NCBI GenBank assembly: GCA_037442105.1
Contig: JBBIQV010000011.1
Span: 1-64,000, forward strand
Direction of reading: 5' to 3'
Length of the DNA: 64,000 nucleotides
DNA from: Nitrospiraceae bacterium
Lineage (GTDB): Bacteria > Nitrospirota > Nitrospiria > Nitrospirales > Nitrospiraceae
The notes beneath the pieces are model-generated. The model saw only the letters and a list, made by a program, of their open reading frames with translations. It was not told the DNA's origin and made no database searches. Both the position numbers and the translations under genes were made by a program. Positions 60,827 through 64,000 of the stretch are shown here, in pieces. Each line of letters opens with the position of its first letter. Within the stretch, counting starts at the first letter, position 1.

Positions 60827-61825
60827 CTATTCGGTTTCGTCCGGGGTTCCACCGGTTTTCGCCAAGTCGTCCATTTTGATCTTGTCGGGGTTGAACTTGG
60901 CCGCTGCTGCCGCCATCCGGTCGAGGGCCTCGTCGAAGGAAAGGGGCGGTGCATCTTTGGGCCGAAAGCGAATGGGATTCACGCGCGCCACGACAAAAGC
61001 CTTGAGGTACGGACTCGTCAACCCCCTGACCTTCAACGCCTCCACTTGCTTGACGATCTCGTCATCGAGCGTCAGGACGGTTCGTGCCCGCGCGTGCCGC
61101 ACTTCGATCGCCGAGCGCAGCGGCTTCTTCAAAAACTCGTCCACCCGTTTTAGTACCGGATGATAGGCGCCCCCGCTGAACCGAGGGCGTTCCTCATAGC
61201 AGAGGCCGAGCGTAATGAACGCCGGTTCTTCGAACTCCAGGGCATAGGTCTCCTCGGTCACCTCATCGAGACGGGTCAGTTCTTTGTACATGCGGATGAC
61301 TTCCAGCGCCTTCTCCCTGAGGTTGTGCGCTTTCTCGGTATTCAGCGCGAGAATTTGATAGGCTGCCGCCGCTTCCGGCACCACGATCGCCACGATGCTC
61401 TTGGCCCCCAGCATCCGCATCGCCGACAATCGGTGATGCCCGTTCGGCGTCCAGTACTTCGCGGCATGATCTACCTTCGGCATATGCACGGCAATGACCG
61501 GATCAAGGAAGCGGCCGATCTTCCCGATCACAGCTTCCAACTTACGGACGTGGGTCTCGGAGAGATTCCGCTGATAGGGCGTGGGCTCCACCAATTCGAT
61601 CGGCAAGGCAGCCATCACCAGCCAACGTCCACCGTAGGGCTCGCGATAGACCGCAAGCACTTTGCCGCCATCCTGATCGATCGCCCGATGCAGTTCGGCG
61701 ACGTCAGCCGGGGGCGCGGCAGCTTGCAACTCCGTCGCGGCGAGGCCGACCGCGGCGCCGGCCGGTTTCCGCCGACGCCGGACACTTCCGGACGCTCTCG
61801 GCTCTTTGAGTTTCTTCCCGGCCAT
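60827..61825 (-). CDS. Stand-alone ParB/Srx N-terminal-domain protein
   Basis: PTPYQR, FLDPVI, TPNGHHRL, LALNTEK. Confidence 0.85.
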   Translation of the reverse strand: MAGKKLKEPRASGSVRRRRKPAGAAVGLAATELQAAAPPADVAELHRAIDQDGGKVLAVYREPYGGRWLVMAALPIELVEPTPYQRNLSETHVRKLEAVIGKIGRFLDPVIAVHMPKVDHAAKYWTPNGHHRLSAMRMLGAKSIVAIVVPEAAAAYQILALNTEKAHNLREKALEVIRMYKELTRLDEVTEETYALEFEEPAFITLGLCYEERPRFSGGAYHPVLKRVDEFLKKPLRSAIEVRHARARTVLTLDDEIVKQVEALKVRGLTSPYLKAFVVARVNPIRFRPKDAPPLSFDEALDRMAAAAAKFNPDKIKMDDLAKTGGTPDETE

Positions 61826-61899
61826 CGTTCAATATGGTAGGGAAGTGGAGGGATAAAAGAAAGCCCCTGATCCAGCATGCGCACAAGGAGGATTCCGCG

Positions 61900-62562
61900 A
61901 TGCTTCGCATCGGTCACCGTGGCGCCGCCGGTCATGCGCCGGAGAATACACTGGCCTCCGTCGAGCAGGCAATTTCCCTCGGAGTGGACCTCGTCGAAGT
62001 AGACCTTCGGAGCACTCGTGACGGGCACCTGGTCATCATCCACGATGAGCGCGTCGACCGGACCACCAATGGCAGGGGAGTTGTCGCCGAGATGGCATTG
62101 GCCAAACTCCAGCAACTCGACGCAGGCAATGGCCAACACATTCCCACGCTCGTGGAATTACTTGACGCCACCCGCGGCCGCGTCGGCCTGCTGCTGGAGA
62201 TCAAGGCGGCCGGCGTCGCCGAGAACGTGCAAGCCATGCTCCACAGCGCGGAATTTCCCGGCCCGGTCATCATCGCTTCATTCCTCGCCGAGGAGCTGCT
62301 CTCGATCCGGAACTCGGACCCTTCGGTCTCTACACTGGTTCTGTTCGATAAGTACGCGAGGGATCCGCTCTCCCAAGCAGTCATGGCCAAGGCTTCGCAC
62401 ATAGGAGTTCCTTTCACGAGGGTGACGCAAGCACTGGTCCAAGCTTCCCGCCGGGCCGGACTGCGCGTGTTCGTCTACACCGTCAATGATCCTCGCGATA
62501 TTCAGAAGATGCGCGCGCTCGATGTCGACGGCATCATCTCCGACTTTCCTGACCGCTTGTAA
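61900..62562 (+). CDS. Glycerophosphodiester phosphodiesterase
   Basis: IGHRG, PENTL, EVDL, HDERVDRTTNG, DGIISDFP. Confidence 0.93.
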   Translation: MLRIGHRGAAGHAPENTLASVEQAISLGVDLVEVDLRSTRDGHLVIIHDERVDRTTNGRGVVAEMALAKLQQLDAGNGQHIPTLVELLDATRGRVGLLLEIKAAGVAENVQAMLHSAEFPGPVIIASFLAEELLSIRNSDPSVSTLVLFDKYARDPLSQAVMAKASHIGVPFTRVTQALVQASRRAGLRVFVYTVNDPRDIQKMRALDVDGIISDFPDRL

Positions 62563-62567
62563 TTTGA

Positions 62568-62594
62568 ACCCGGATTATTTATGACGGCTCGTCG
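62568..62594 (+). repeat. Solo degenerate end of the 49.7-kb MITE-like element
   Basis: ACCCGGATTATTTATGACGGCTCGTCG versus the reverse complement of the element's right end, ACCCGCATTATTCATGACGGTTCGTCG (24/27 identical). Confidence 0.7.
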
Positions 62595-62642
62595 TTCCCC
62601 TTTGCTTCAGCCACACTTCCTGGTGCTTAACCGGGAGGCCTC

Positions 62643-63977
62643 GTGAGTCATCCAGCGCCGTCCCGACAGATCGGCTGGTTCACCGCAGCCTGTGTGCTGG
62701 TGAGCAACATCATCGGCGGCGGCATCTTTACCACGACCGGCTTCATAGCCAGGGACCTCGGCGAGCCCCTCACCATCTTGATCTTGTGGGCGGTCGGAGG
62801 CCTGCTCGCGCTCGCCGGTGCAATGGCCTATGCCGAACTGGGCTCGGCCCTTCCACAGGCCGGCGGTGATTACATCTACCTCCGGGAAGCCTACGGGCCG
62901 TTCGTGGCATTCCTGAGCGGATGGACCTCCTTCACGATCGGCTTCGGCGCTGCAGTCGCAGCGTCGGCCGTCAGTTTTGCATCCTATGCGCTTCGCGTCA
63001 TGCCCATCGGGGAAGAAAATGAGCCGGTCGCCAAAGCCCTGGCGCTCGGGTTGGTTTGGAGCCTCTCTGCCGTCCACGCAGCCGGGATCGCCACCGGCGG
63101 GTGGTTACAACGGCTCCTGACCACGACGAAGATCCTGGCGATCACCGGGTTGATCCTGGGCGGACTCACAATAGGGACAGGCCAGTGGACACATCTCAGC
63201 GAGCGAGTACCGGACACAAAGCCGAACCTCGGTGCGTTGTCTGTCGCATTGATATTCGTGATGTATAGCTATCTCGGCTGGAACGTGGTCGGGTACATCG
63301 CTGGAGAAATCGCCAACCCACAGCGGACCCTGCCGAAGATCATGATCGGCGGCACATCGTTCGTGGCCGTGATTTACCTGCTGCTGAATCTGGTCTACTT
63401 CTACGCACTCCCGGTCGCGACCCTGGCCCACCCCCCCGTGCTCCCGGTGGCGGAGAAAGCCGCGGCCGCCCTGTGGGGACCGGCGAGTGCCCGCATGGTC
63501 GCGGCACTCCTCTGCCTCTCGATCGCCGGCGCCGTCAGCGCCATGATCTGGGCAGGCCCACGGGTCTATTGGGCCATGGCCCGGGACGGAATCATTGCGC
63601 CCTGGTTGGCCCAACTCCATCCGAGCTCCGGCGCACCGATCCGTGCGATCCTGCTCCAAAGCGTCTGGGCGTCCGTCCTCATCCTGACCGGAACGTTCGA
63701 ACAACTGATCGTCTATAGCGGATTGGTCCTTGCCGCATTTGTGGCGTTGACCGTGAGTACCATCTTTCTTTTGCGGCAACAACAGCCTGACCTCGTGCGG
63801 CCCTATCGAGTGCCGCTCTATCCGGTGCTCCCTGCCCTGCTCATCGTCGGCGCCACAGGCATTGTGGCCTACAGTGTTGTCCAACGGCCGATCGAGTCTC
63901 TCTTTGGCATAGCGACGGTTCTCAGCGGAATTCCATTCTACCTTCTCTGGCAAAGATCCCATTCCCGCAAATGTTGA
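62643..63977 (+). CDS. APC family amino acid permease
   Basis: IIGGGIF, YAELGS, GGDYIYL, YSYLGWN, RPYRVP; about 12 TM helices. Confidence 0.93.
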   Translation: MSHPAPSRQIGWFTAACVLVSNIIGGGIFTTTGFIARDLGEPLTILILWAVGGLLALAGAMAYAELGSALPQAGGDYIYLREAYGPFVAFLSGWTSFTIGFGAAVAASAVSFASYALRVMPIGEENEPVAKALALGLVWSLSAVHAAGIATGGWLQRLLTTTKILAITGLILGGLTIGTGQWTHLSERVPDTKPNLGALSVALIFVMYSYLGWNVVGYIAGEIANPQRTLPKIMIGGTSFVAVIYLLLNLVYFYALPVATLAHPPVLPVAEKAAAALWGPASARMVAALLCLSIAGAVSAMIWAGPRVYWAMARDGIIAPWLAQLHPSSGAPIRAILLQSVWASVLILTGTFEQLIVYSGLVLAAFVALTVSTIFLLRQQQPDLVRPYRVPLYPVLPALLIVGATGIVAYSVVQRPIESLFGIATVLSGIPFYLLWQRSHSRKC

Positions 63978-64000
63978 GTCAGTGCCCCCACGTGGCCGTC

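Overview
A GC-rich, gene-dense bacterial chromosomal segment whose gene content and order suggest Nitrospira/Nitrospirota. This assignment is inferred, with no database check. Most of it is core genome: the 3' part of tRNA-Gly(GCC); a MoxR-DUF58-transglutaminase module; TesA/YbbAP-type esterase and ABC genes; a pgi-pgl-glk-rpiA-M1 peptidase cluster; and rpmH-rnpA-yidD-yidC-mnmE-mnmG-rsmG-parA-parB with two parS sites but no dnaA. It also holds two bactofilins, mnmA, an F1-only ATP synthase block, a Zn/Mn ABC transporter, anmK, a REC-GGDEF cyclase, and an orphan B12-dependent radical SAM gene next to an HpnA-like SDR and a second ParB-domain protein. The best candidate for an undescribed system is a cell-envelope locus at 22.7-26.4 kb: a coiled-coil lipoprotein ending in Lys (a possible Braun-lipoprotein analogue), two L,D-transpeptidases, an apparently inactive third paralogue, a Lys-rich secreted microprotein and a sigma-54 promoter. 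Other notable signals are a GC trough centred on parS, a nested palindromic MITE-like element inside the metal ABC operon with a solo end elsewhere, heptamer tandem repeats (two in frame within proteins), three sigma-54 promoters on envelope genes, and several apparently leaderless genes. No CRISPR array, prophage, integrase or transposase was seen.
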